The notes beneath the pieces were generated by a model. It was given only the letters and a program-made list of their open reading frames with translations, made no database searches and was not told the origin of the DNA. A stretch of DNA of 64,000 bases from Chrysomallon squamiferum (lineage: Eukaryota > Animalia > Mollusca): NCBI GenBank assembly GCA_012295275.1, contig CM022679.1:9982001-10046000 (forward strand), written 5' to 3'. The position numbers were made by a program, and so were the translations under genes. Of the stretch, positions 41,371-54,200 are shown piece after piece; position 1 is the stretch's first letter, and each line of letters starts with the position of its first letter.

Positions 41371-42873
41371 CTATAATGACAATTTTGGAAAAAAAATACA
41401 TTATTTTTTAATTCATCATCATTTGCCTTTTCCCAGAGGTGGGATAGATATGTCCAAGGAGATAAAACATATGCAAACACAATGGGTAGAGCAAAACTGT
41501 ATTTGTATGTGATTGTGTCGGTGTTGTTCTTGATTATCTTGATGTAATTTGTGATTGATAGTTACATCATACAAATATGCATCTGCAAGCTTAAAATGAA
41601 AGTGAAAGGATTTTAAAGATTTTGTATTTGACATTTATATAACCAACATCTTTGTCATTTTGCATATGCAGGCATAATTAGAATTTAATATGACACTGCA
41701 TTATGAAATTACCTGATAAACCACCATCAGCCAATTTAAGCAAAACAAGTTTCATTTTTTGTGGTATTTTTCTGTAATGCTGTTTAAAAAGCACCAAGAT
41801 GTTGGTAATAAATGATGACATATTAGTACTTATTCATAGCCGAATACCCATTTGCAAAATTTGTGACAATACAGGACACAGTTTTTATTCCTTCTAACAG
41901 TTTTATCATTTTAAAACATTAAGAGCATCCCATTAAAAATTGCATATACTTCAGTAACTATATAAACAAAAATGTTTCCCAATTCTGTCAAAACACAAAC
42001 TCCCCTCACCTTTCCTTGTTGTTTTTTTGTTATTGAAAAACAACATGCAGTCTTGAATTGATTGTCTGATACCAGTGACTTCAAGACAAACATCTATCAC
42101 ACAATTCTTCAAGAAAAAGAGAATGACTAGAATATAGCTGACGTAGATGATTACATTGATTTGTCCATTCTTACCAGCTTGTCCAAGCATCTGAATAATG
42201 AGGTGTAAAACTCAGCATGCTTTCTGTTATTCTCTAAGACACCTGGGCAAGCACTGGGGATATTTTGGGTACCGAGGTTGTAGAGCCTGTAGTAGTTAAC
42301 AATCTCAGGAGACTTGTTGTGCCAGCCAGCTCATTTTAACACCAGAATGATTTGAGCACCAGTGTTGGCGTTATAAAGAGGTTTGACTTTATGACAAAGC
42401 AAGCTGTGTGTATCGTTAAAATTCATATCTCTTCTGATTTAAATAACCATTACCATAGTGTCAGATAGCTGGATGATGAAACTTGGGATGACAACATCAA
42501 GTCAACATGAAAAAACAATTGTATAACATTTTATATTTAGTTTTATTTTGTATATTTATTTTAAACAAAAGAATATTCAAAAAAATATATATATGTAATT
42601 TAGTTCATATTTATCAAAAAGCTTCCACAGCTTTATTTTATTTCCATTTTAATATTATTATTATTATTATTAATATGATTATTATTATTATTATTTTACT
42701 TTATAATTAAAATCTAGGCTGTTGATTGAGGAATGTTTTGTTGTAGTATGATATTAGTGATAAATATTCTCTCATGTAATCTAACAGAAAAATTTATCAA
42801 AACTAGTTAAACTTTTTTTTAATTAAGTGTCCTTACTTCAGTCACTATTCAAACACATTTTGAAAATTTTTTA

Positions 42874-43154
42874 GAGGTTCAGAATCCTTTATCTGAAGTA
42901 TTTCAGATTTCAGAATTTTTACAGTTTTGGAATATAAAGAGATAGCCTGGGAGTAGGATCTAAGTCTGAATGTGAATATATCCATTTATATTTGATATGC
43001 ATCTTGTACAAATTGTCTGCAGGATTTCTAATACTTTTGTGCATGAAATAAAATTTGTGTATGGAAAACACTCTGAAAAGTGTAAGATATTAGTATTTCT
43101 GCTGCTCAGAAATGTTTTGGATTTTGGAATTTCATATAAAAGATCCTCAGCAAT
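42874..43154 (+). mobile_element. Degenerate Tc1/mariner-pogo (Tigger4/Zombi-like) MITE
   Basis: TA followed by gaggttcagaatcctttatctgaa. Internal blocks tttcagatttcagaattttt..ttttggaata, gagatagcctgggagtaggatctaagtctgaa and ttttgtgcatgaaataaaatttgtgta, and the end gctcagaaatgttttggattttgga..gatcctcagc, are collinear with the Tigger4-family consensus as recalled. Confidence 0.65.
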
Positions 43155-44459
43155 TATTAACCTTTTCTCTTACTCATTCTCATGTTTTTACTACTAGAAA
43201 GCAAATAATCTAAAAATCAGTTTAATGTATTTTTTGTCAGAAGTGTCTTTAAATATTATACTTTTATTTTACTTGGAATATCTTTTAAGTGCCTTTATAC
43301 TTGCATGAGAATCAGAAAGTTGTAGGAAGCAAATAGTGTCTAAAACATATTTTGTATCCTTTATATGCTCCAACACAACAGATTTATCTTCAACAAAAAC
43401 AGATGTATCCGTATCTGTAATAGCTTTAATTAGGTTGAAGAATGTCTAAGGTCAGTAACTTTTCATTCATTACATCATTAAACCACCCCTCCCCTCCAAA
43501 TCAAATTTTTTTTTTTTTTTTAAATCGTTTTTGTTGCATTTACATCCATCTGATTCTTGTGTTAAGTTATGTTTATATGATCTTTTTAAAAACAACTTTT
43601 ATTTTTTTTATGCATGTTTGCATATTTGTTTTTAATTATTTCTACAAAGCAAAACTGTGATATAAGTTAATCTGTGATGATGTAAGGTTTAATAAATGAA
43701 TAAAAGATAAACCAGTATACAAAAAGAAAAAAAAATCATAACATGTTGGAGGACAACAAAATAAATGTCAAACTTAATATGTAATGACAGACAGAATGAG
43801 CTTCAGTAAAATAAAACACTGTGTAAATAGCTACAGTAAATAAGTGTTTATTTAAAAAAATAAAGACTTGTATACTGTAGCTGTTTAAACATGCGAAAAA
43901 TATGAGTTTTTTAAATTCAAAATCAGTAATGGATGGAATAGGCAGTTTTCTCACACCTTTTTGCATACAAATATTTTAGCCCTTATTCCAGCAATGTGTG
44001 GTATGTATAAAATTCACATTAACAGTCAATACAGTTATAAAAGAAGAGTGTAGCTAAATTTTCAGATGTTCTGTTGATCCATGAGAAGTCATGAATTTCC
44101 TTTTTTTGTTGTTATTATTATTGTTGGGTTTTGGGGGTTTTTTATAGTTTTTTTGCCATCCAGTACCTTATGAGCAGATTAGCAAAGACCATAGATTATG
44201 CTGTTTTTATCAATGGAAAGATTCATTTAAAACATCCATTGCTACAAATTAATGAGTAGTTTATGTAGAAGTAACAGCAGGTTTTTCTCTTGCATATTCT
44301 TTTATACTATAATATATATATGAAGTAAAAAAGTAGTTTTTTTTTTAAAGTTGACAATAATTGATAAAATAAATATTTTATTTTTTTTTAAATAAATACT
44401 GTGTTTGTTGTTATTTACACATTCTTTTGGATTGACTTTCGAATTCTATTTTTTCAGTA

Positions 44460-44490
<31 letters not shown>

Positions 44491-46929
44491 TCATGATAAA
44501 AACCTTTCCTGTTTCCAAATACATATCAGCTATCCCTTATTCTGAAGGACAGACTAGTCTTGTGTAACTTATAAAATATTAAAATTGAATTTATATGTAT
44601 ATAATTATTTTATGCAGGACCATTCATTCATCAATTAAAAAAAAGAATTGTTTACAAAGCATTCTTGATCATAATACTATGATGACCTTTAAATTTAAAA
44701 TAATATATATTTTTTTAATTGCATCTACATTACAAATAATTATCAATATTCATTACTTTTAACTAATAACCAACAGGAACAACCACAACAAAAATCGACT
44801 GAAATTTTATGAATGTATTATATAATACATCAGTTATTTTATTACACAGAAAATAAATTTATATTTATACATTTAAATGGGAAAATATCCAAAAATCACA
44901 TAAATGTGAGGGAACCTTTCAAAAATTAAATTTTCAACTAGTGCACATATAACACAGAAATGTGAACAATTAATAAATTAATATAATATGAAATATAATG
45001 AAAAATAACACAAGAAACAAACAAATAAGCCCAAGTAAGAAAAGATGTTTTTGTTTTTTTATTCTTATACAAAGTAAAATATAGATAAGTGTATCTGCAA
45101 ACTATTATTGTATAAAATTTCATTTGCTGCATGTTACAAAATGAAAATAGCTGATGCTGGAATGTTAAAAAACATGGCAGGTCGATTTAAAAAAAAAAAA
45201 AAAAAAATAATAATAATGAAAACTGATCTAATTTAATATTTATAATTGCCTGCAATTTTTAATAATTAAAATACTAATTTACCATAAACATAGTAATAAT
45301 GAGTAAATTATCTAGTTAATATTAATATATGTTATAAAATAATGTAACATAAAAATTTATCCTGTTATATTTTTTTATAATGATGTAAGATAATTTTGAA
45401 CATTTTAAATGTGACTGGATTTATCAAGAAATGTAGGTTGCTAGAAATTAAATATTTTCTACAGACTTGGTCCTCTAATAAATAAAATATGGAATTAACA
45501 ATGTAACATGTATTAAACATATATTACTTTTCTTTTTCTTTTTTCACAAAAAGCCAGAAAGTGAAAGGGTATTTTGATTTTATAAAGCAGCTACTGTCAA
45601 TTTAATTTTTCAAAAAATAAATAAATAAGTACATACAAACATACATATCATTTTTATCATTACTATTTGAGCAAGTGTTTTTTTTCATATCAGATGAATT
45701 CTCACATTCTACAGCATGACAGCATACGTTAAAACAAAAGCATCTGGTATATTTTAAACATGAAATAAGAATTTGAAAAAAAAAATAATAAAAAAATAAA
45801 CATCTATCTACTACATAATTCTGATTATGAATAGAAACAAATATCACAAATCTGTTTCACAAAAATTGCATTTACAACTGTACAAGTTTTTGTGCTTTTC
45901 TAAGTCACAGAACGGTATCAAAGCTATATGCATCAGCACAGACTGATCTTAGTATGATGATATTAACTGTGTGCACCATATGTAAATAAAGGCACTACTA
46001 AAACACATGGTTGGTTGTAAATTGCTGATGGACCTAATGTTATAAACATTGTACAATATTGTCAAGTACAAAGTGTTTTTAAAAAAAAAAAAAAAAAGAA
46101 TTGTGCATAGTGTATTGTTTAACAAAATAATTATGTATAAATATTTTTAAAAAAAAAGAAAAAAAAAAAGATTAATTCTGCAATTTGTAAAATTCATCAG
46201 TTTGCCTATTTCGTTGTTTGTGCATCTATTTACAAAAACATAAAAATATTTTTAAAGATATTTAGTGGAAGGTGGTCTTATGAAGTTAAGGAAAAGAAAA
46301 TTAATTCTTAGTTTTTTTGGATTCGTCATTTGTTTACTATCAAAATAAAAATAAATTAAAAATGTACCTACAGTAGGTGTGGTTTTTACACAATAAACAT
46401 TTAAAAAGTAATTAATTAAAAGCAAACAACAAGAAATACAGGTAAGCTTGCATAAACATTATTGGTGCTGATAGATGAAAACTCTCTCTCTCTCCCACCT
46501 ATCTCACAACAGCAAGCAAAATTATTAAGTGCTATATTTTTATCATCATTATTTATATTATTTTTCTTACAAACATTGCAATTAATTACATACATATATT
46601 ATATAAATTAAATTATCATAAAAGATATAAAAATACATATATAACATCCACGCTACCACAAACACACACTTTTTAAGAGACCATTGAAAAATGTGTTGGC
46701 AGTTAAATCAAGTGGATAGTATGGGTAGATGTATGTTGTATGTCCAGTCTTAGAGACAAGTTAAGTGTTTGTTTTTAATTATTGTTACACTCAAAATTAA
46801 TACACACACACATAGACATAACTGGATGCAAATGCACTTTTTTTTTTTTTTTTTTTTTTTGGAGGGAGGGGTGGTTTCATGATATAATGAAGGAAAAGCT
46901 ACTGACCTTAGGCATTCTTCAACCTAATT

Positions 46930-47070
46930 GTATGTATGTATGTATGTATGTATGTATGTATGTATGTATGTATGTATGTATGTATGTATGTATATATATA
47001 TATATATGCATATATGTAAATATGTATGTATTTATATATGTATGTATGTATATATGTATGCATATGTATG
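46930..47070. repeat. (TATG)n/(TA)n microsatellite
   Basis: Directly visible in the sequence. Confidence 0.95.
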
Positions 47071-50000
47071 AAAACATAAAATGTAAAGCTAACAAATGAA
47101 GAATGCTGTCAAAATGTTTTAGGTTCTAGTATAAAAGTACCATGACAACTACGTAGATCTGGGTAATAAAAAAGCAACTACTATATTCAAATCTCAAGAT
47201 ATTATAATAATTAAACATAAGCTTGTTTACTGGATGTTTGTTCAGAGCTCGTGTTTTTAGAAAGCAAAAGCTTTGGCAGTACAAAAGTATTCAGATTATC
47301 GAAAGCACACACACACACACACTATTTTTGTGCAATTATGATGAAAGCCTCATTAAACAAATTCAGAAAATTGCACACTCAAAAGGGGTTACTCCTTCAA
47401 AATATGTTTAGTGACAGCATTATAAACTTGTCATGAAATCAACACTGGAATGGTGATTAATCACAAGACACATACTTTTAATGATATGTAAATATCATGA
47501 AGTGAAATTAAAATTTAATTAACAAATTACTTCAAGCAAAACAGCTACAGCACAATCCATGTAGCATATGGATTAATTTTCAAATATGTTTTGTTTTCAC
47601 CAAAATCATGACTATTAGTCTAAATGTTTTAGTTCACTTAAAATAAAACACCATTATATTATTCAAATATAACTTTTTTATTACATTATTATTATTATTA
47701 TTTGCAATTCTGAAAAATATGAACATTGTTCACACATTATAAAGAGAAAGTGGTAGATTTCAAGATAAAAATGTGTAGATTGCTAGAAGTTCAATACTAG
47801 TCACTGTGATACTAGTCTCTAAATAATTTCTATATATAATAATAATGAACATATTTTGCAATTTTCTGAACTGGAACAAGAAAAACAGAATTATTAATAA
47901 TACCACGTATGATATCAGCATTTCACAATATGTTAGAAAAAAATCTATTTCATAAACAACTGAAAAATATAATAATAAAAATAACAATAACAATAAATTA
48001 AAAAAAAAAAAAAAAAAAAAAATTGACTCAAATGTAAACCCACATATTTACAAGATTTGGTTAAATAATTTGATAAAATGTAAGAAAAAATAGGAAAACA
48101 GTTTATACTCTGTCAATAAATAACATTCAATACACAATTAATTTTTTTATTTTTTTTTGCTGTCTAGATGCAAAAAAAAAAAAATGGAAAGAAATCAGTC
48201 CTAAAGAAATGGACAGAGGATAGATGGATAGATGGATAGATGAATAGATGAATAGATGAATGGATGGATGGATCAGGATCCAAGGAACAACAAATGCAAA
48301 GCAAGCATAATTCTGATGAACATGCACAAGATTTTAACTTGAAAATAACATACTAAATGCATTTATAAACAGATTAAATATATTTACTACTGTTGTTTAA
48401 CAGCTATACTAATAAACAATTACAATACATTACTTTTGCTTATTATTTTTAGTTCATAAAGAATAAACATCATATGGAATAGGAAATGGTAAGAATAAAA
48501 ACTATATTAAAGTATGTTAATAAACAAGATGTATAATTGTGTTTTCCCAAAATCACAATCACAAGGCAACATCTAATTTATTTGTTCAAAACAGAACTAA
48601 AAAATAATAATAATAATAATAATAACAACAGTAACAACTCAAATAAATAAAAAAGGATCATGGACATTTAATTTAAAATTATTGTTAATATATCTCACAT
48701 GAATTGAGTAATAATGCTGAAACAATACTGAGGTGAATTAAAATAAATAAAGACCAGAAGACTTATATGTTACTTTTCATAAAACAATAACCTTAATAAC
48801 ACCACTGTGTATACACACAAACACACACACATACAATGAATAATATTCATAAAGGTTAGTTCATTATAATAATAATATTATATACTAAAAAAAAATCATA
48901 ATAATATATTAAAAAAATAATAAGTATAACAGAATTATAAAAATAAATTTTATTAAAAAAATAACAGGGAATGTTAATTTGATGTTTGCTTTTATCATCA
49001 TCATAAACATTTTAACATATTTAAAAAAAAAAAAAATGTATTATTGTATGATTATACCTTGGAAATTATTTATAACTATGACACACGTCATTTAAGTGAT
49101 TATATAACAGACTATGAAATTATATATAATTATATGAAGCCTATGGAATTCTTTGTAACTACATATTGTTCAACAGGCAAGAAAAAGAATGACATAAGAA
49201 AAAAATATAAATGTTTGATTTTAAATAGTCAAGAAACATGTGTAAGATTATCTACAAATATTTCACTCACTGTTATAATCTAGTTTAGGTTTCAGTGACA
49301 AATGGTCAAGGAAAAACCCTAAACATTACAAAAAAAATAATAAGTACACAGAAGTAAAATCTATAATTTTCAAGAAATATTTTCTTGTCTTTTTTTTTAC
49401 TTTTTTGGTACTTTGTAGAGTATCTTAATTAAAAATGCTTTTTTTTTTTTTTAAATTTATTATTTAAAAACAAGACTATTTTTCATACATTTTAATATTT
49501 GTTGTGATAGTCGAATAAAAAAAAAAAAAAATTAATATGTAAATATACACTATGTTTATTTTATTAAACATAAACAATAAACGGCCTATAAATTCATTTG
49601 TTCTTTTTACCGTTTTCAAACTTGTGTCATAATAATGCCTTCATATTAAATTTTATTTTTGTACCACAACAAAAAATTCATGACATATTACTATTTTTTT
49701 TTTAAATTACTTCTAATTATCCCAGGTAAATTCAATTTAATTTGTATTACATATGTCTGAGTTTTATTGAATAGTTTTATTACTTACAAACCAAGTAATC
49801 TATTTGTAGTCCTTGAAGATTTTGGAAAGAATAAATAATTTAATGTGTAATAATCCTTAAAAACATTACACACTTTTTGTATTTCACTGACATCATGTTT
49901 CAGAAAAATCTTGTAATTATTCATAAAAATTCACATTTCACTGACTTATTCCTCTTAATTAATTAATGAAATCTTAAGTTTACATACAGCAGAATTTTAC

Positions 50001-51232
50001 ATCTTATGTAGTCATTTAGTGGCATCATGTTAGCCACAAAACTTGTCTACAATACTTGCACAGTTAAGAAATGAGAGAGTGGGTTAAAAAACAGAAATCT
50101 CAACAACAATTAATCACTTGAATGTGGATGAAGTCATGTCACTAGGGATGATACTGTAAAGTTATAATCACTATTTTCAGTTGTGACTGACTGATTGTGG
50201 TGAATGTTTGTTAACAGTTAATTGTAGTAGTATGTTTCTTGGAGGTTTTTTAAAATGATTGTGTAGTGTGCAGTAAACTTAATCACAACTCTAACTGAGG
50301 TATGTCAAGTCATAAATCACAATTTTGGTATATCTATAATTAAATCAAATGATGTTATAATCATAATATTATTACTCAGCTGTGATTTAAATAATCTGAA
50401 AGGGATTAGGATGCGGGGTGCTAATCCCATTGTTTTGATATGGATTATTTGTAATGAAAAACAAGTGATGTCAAAGTCATATTACATTAATCTAAATGCT
50501 GAACTGGAGACCAAGTTGTGAAGTGATTTTTATGCAAATGTTAATGTTTCTGATGTTTGGCTTATAATTAAATCAAACAGAAATGTGATATTATAATTAT
50601 TTTATTTCTCAGTTCTGATTTAATCAGTCTGAATAGGGAGCCTAAAATGAATTCATTATAAAAAAAAACCCCACGTAATATTGATGTTATTTTATTCACA
50701 TATGTAACACTACAATTTGAATCGGAGATTAAGTCGTGTCTCTCATGTATATTGTCATACACAAAAATCAGTATTCTGTATGCAGTAAGCTTCATTCCAG
50801 ACAGATGACATTTATATCTACAGCTAAGTTGCATATATTGATAATATGGAAAATTCTGCGCAAATCTGACAAATATGGGGTTAGCAAAAGTCCATCATAA
50901 GCATTATTTATCATTATTTTCATTCATTTTTTTTTGTATTGATATAATATGGAATTTATTTAGTGTTTTTACATCAAATTTTCAAAATGTAAAGATATTG
51001 AGTACAAGATATTTTTTCAAATGTGGTCTTGAGACTTAATCCCCAATTCAAGATGGAGAATTATAAATGACTATTCATCTTGTAAAACAAAAAAATTTCC
51101 AGTGTGAATTTGTAGAAATCATTAAAACACACTGTAAAACAGATGCAATTAACACAAAGGCTTTCCACATAACAACTAAACGGCACTTAAATGCGACCGA
51201 GGTCAGAATTTTCTGTCGCAATTCTACACAGT

Positions 51233-54200
51233 TTACTGCACAGCCATGATTCTACTCAGATGAGGCAGAATTTGACCCTGTATCGGTCCATACTCCACCT
51301 TCTCCCCATCCACCATCATGTTCCCTTCCTCAGTCGTGGGCACCAGCCTGAAAGCCAGCGCTTTGACGATTTCAACGTCTGCTGAATCGACGTGGCTGCC
51401 CTCGCAGAAGTTCATGAACAAGGAGAACAGAGCGGACTTGTTCAAGCCTTCGCGCGCGAAGATGATGTAGAAGAAGCCGTCGCTGAGGTGGGCGTGTGGT
51501 GCTGCCAGCATGTCGTTGCCGAGGTGGGTCTGGTACACGGCAGAGACCAGCAGAAAGGTGCCATCGATGGTCACCCAGTGGTCAGGCACGGGCTGGTCCA
51601 GTGGGGGCAGAAGAGGACTTGGAACTGACCTGAAGCTGGACCTGGAAGCCAGAGCTGTCTCGGTTTCTATTTCGTAGCCGTCCTGACCTGCCAGTGTTGT
51701 GATCTTGCCTCGTCTCCACACCAGTTCATCATCGCCAGCAGCTACTACCTCATCTTTTGATACTGTGTCATGCTGTGATGTCAGCTCTTTTCGATTCCAA
51801 TTGACGTTGCTGCCTTCGGGCATGCACTGGTCCACTCTGAATCCGTTACCTGTGACAGTGGATTCGGCTTCCTTGCTAGACCGCTTCAGTGAAACAGCTT
51901 TTTTGGATCTGGATAAGTTTGGATCTGATTTCGATGACGTCAGGCTGGTTGATGGATTCTCTTCTTTTTCCAAGTCCGTCAACACAACATTGTCACTGAA
52001 TGTGTTGCCATGTGCACAGTTCCCTGAGTGACTCGTTTCTGAACATTCACCTCTCACGGCACTGCTGTTCGACTCCTGCGACGATTTTTCCGATGAAGAT
52101 GATTTCTCTTCTCCGTTTAAAGCGTTTCTGCTGCTCTTCCACGAAAAACGTCTGATTTTGGACAAGGTTGATTTGCTGGAGTTGTTTACTTTTGGGGTGT
52201 ACTCAGCTACTGGTAGGAATGACAAACATCCTCTGTATTTTCTCAAATCTAGAAAGCAAATAGAATTTATTTTTTAATTTGTTTTAATTTACATATACTG
52301 ATATCTATTAGATTGCATTTATATGAAAAACAGATTTATTTAATATTTTTAACACTAAACAGATGAAATTTACATATATCACATACATAATATGAATATA
52401 CTCACACACATAGACATATACAAGTAACCACATTATTTTAATTCTTCTTAGGAAATTTTAAAAGCACATTACAATAAAAAATATATAAAAAAAATGCACT
52501 GATTTTTAATTATATTATGGAACTTTTACTATGGTAGTATTTAATGAAATGAAACGACACAAAACAAACAAAAAAAAATGTAAATAAACAATCTTACTAA
52601 AAATCCTCTTTACGGCACCTATGGTGAATCTAGCTTCACCAATGCGACGGTACTTCTCACTTTCATAGTCGATGTCAGAAAGCAGACCCCAAGTGAAAGA
52701 CAAGAAAGAGAAAATTTGTCTGGACGGTGTCTGAATCAAAACCAGGTCCATGGGAATGACCTTGTGCTTTATGAGGATAAACGTGGAATGAAGGACCATG
52801 TCTCCATGCATGGGTTCCCTGAAACAAACAAGAAAATATTTTTTGAAGAAATCCAACAGAAAGTGTGTTAAATGACAAAGTATCATATATAGAAGAAACT
52901 ATTTTTATTTTAATGGCACGTTTTTAAACATAAAGTTATGTATCAAGCATAAAAGAAAGAAAGGAAATCCTCTGCTGCTACTCATTTTTCTTTTTTCTTT
53001 TTTTTTTAGCAGCAAGAAATCTTTTATATTCTCCTTTCTGCCTACAGTAAAGTATATACAATAGCCTTTGATTGACCTGTATTGGGGCTTTGGCTGGATT
53101 GGGAAATTACAAATGGCTGAGCTGACACATTGTAGTTAGATCTCAGACACAACTGTTATCAATAATCATACTTATTACAGATCTTTCTGAAAACAGTAAA
53201 ATCTATATACCCCAACCTTTATTGAATTAAATATCTGTGCACTAGTTAGGCCAGGAAATTACCTTGATTGATTCACTGTCAGGAATGAATCATGTGGACT
53301 GATTTTACTTCAGTGAAAACACTGAGTTACAGTCTTCCATTGTTTAACAGATGAAATATGTGTTAAAGTAATTGGTTAACTAGGCTCATTATAACAGAGA
53401 TAAATGATGTTGTCGTATGGGTTAGTGCACTGACAGTATACAGTTTAATATTTACGTACAGTACGATATATTTGATTTGTGTTTATATATAATTAGCCTC
53501 AACTGATTTATGTTTATAATATAATTAATATAGTTTATTTACATCTGTATTTAATTAATATTTAATTTATTTATATTTATATATGTAATTAGTATCCATT
53601 GTCATTTGGATACCATTCGTGATATAATTCTGAAGATCTAGAAATACATTTTTGTAGCTGAATTTCAGTTATATCATAATGATGTGGTCGTGCTGAATTT
53701 CAACAACAGATATATTTTAAAATCAATTTTCTTCTTTTATTGTTTTTACAGATCATTTCATTCATTAATAGATCAGGTTATAAAAAATTTAAACTGCACA
53801 TGGATTTTATAATGACCCTTTATAGTTTATTTAAGTTTATATACAATTATTATAGATTGTATTTATGCTCACACACACACACACAGACATACACACAAAC
53901 ATATATAATATTCTGTGCATTCATGTTTACTTATAATATACATACATATACAGATTATTATGCTTACATATAATTAATATATACTGTATTTATGTTTATA
54001 TATATATTGTGTATTTTTATATATATATATATAAATACAGATGACATACCCTGCTGAGTAGTTAATAGAACAACACAGGGCGTTACCAGATCCACCAGGT
54101 AAACATCCCACAGGTAAATGAATTGCCTCCTTCCAGTCAGGTCTTGCCATCAAGCCATTTATCACCTGTAAAACAAAATAACTAATTTATGTATATATAT

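Noticed and set aside
51392-52031. Plus-strand ORFs antisense to the SPHK last exon
   Set aside because: Shadow ORFs of GC-rich coding sequence with no recognisable protein.
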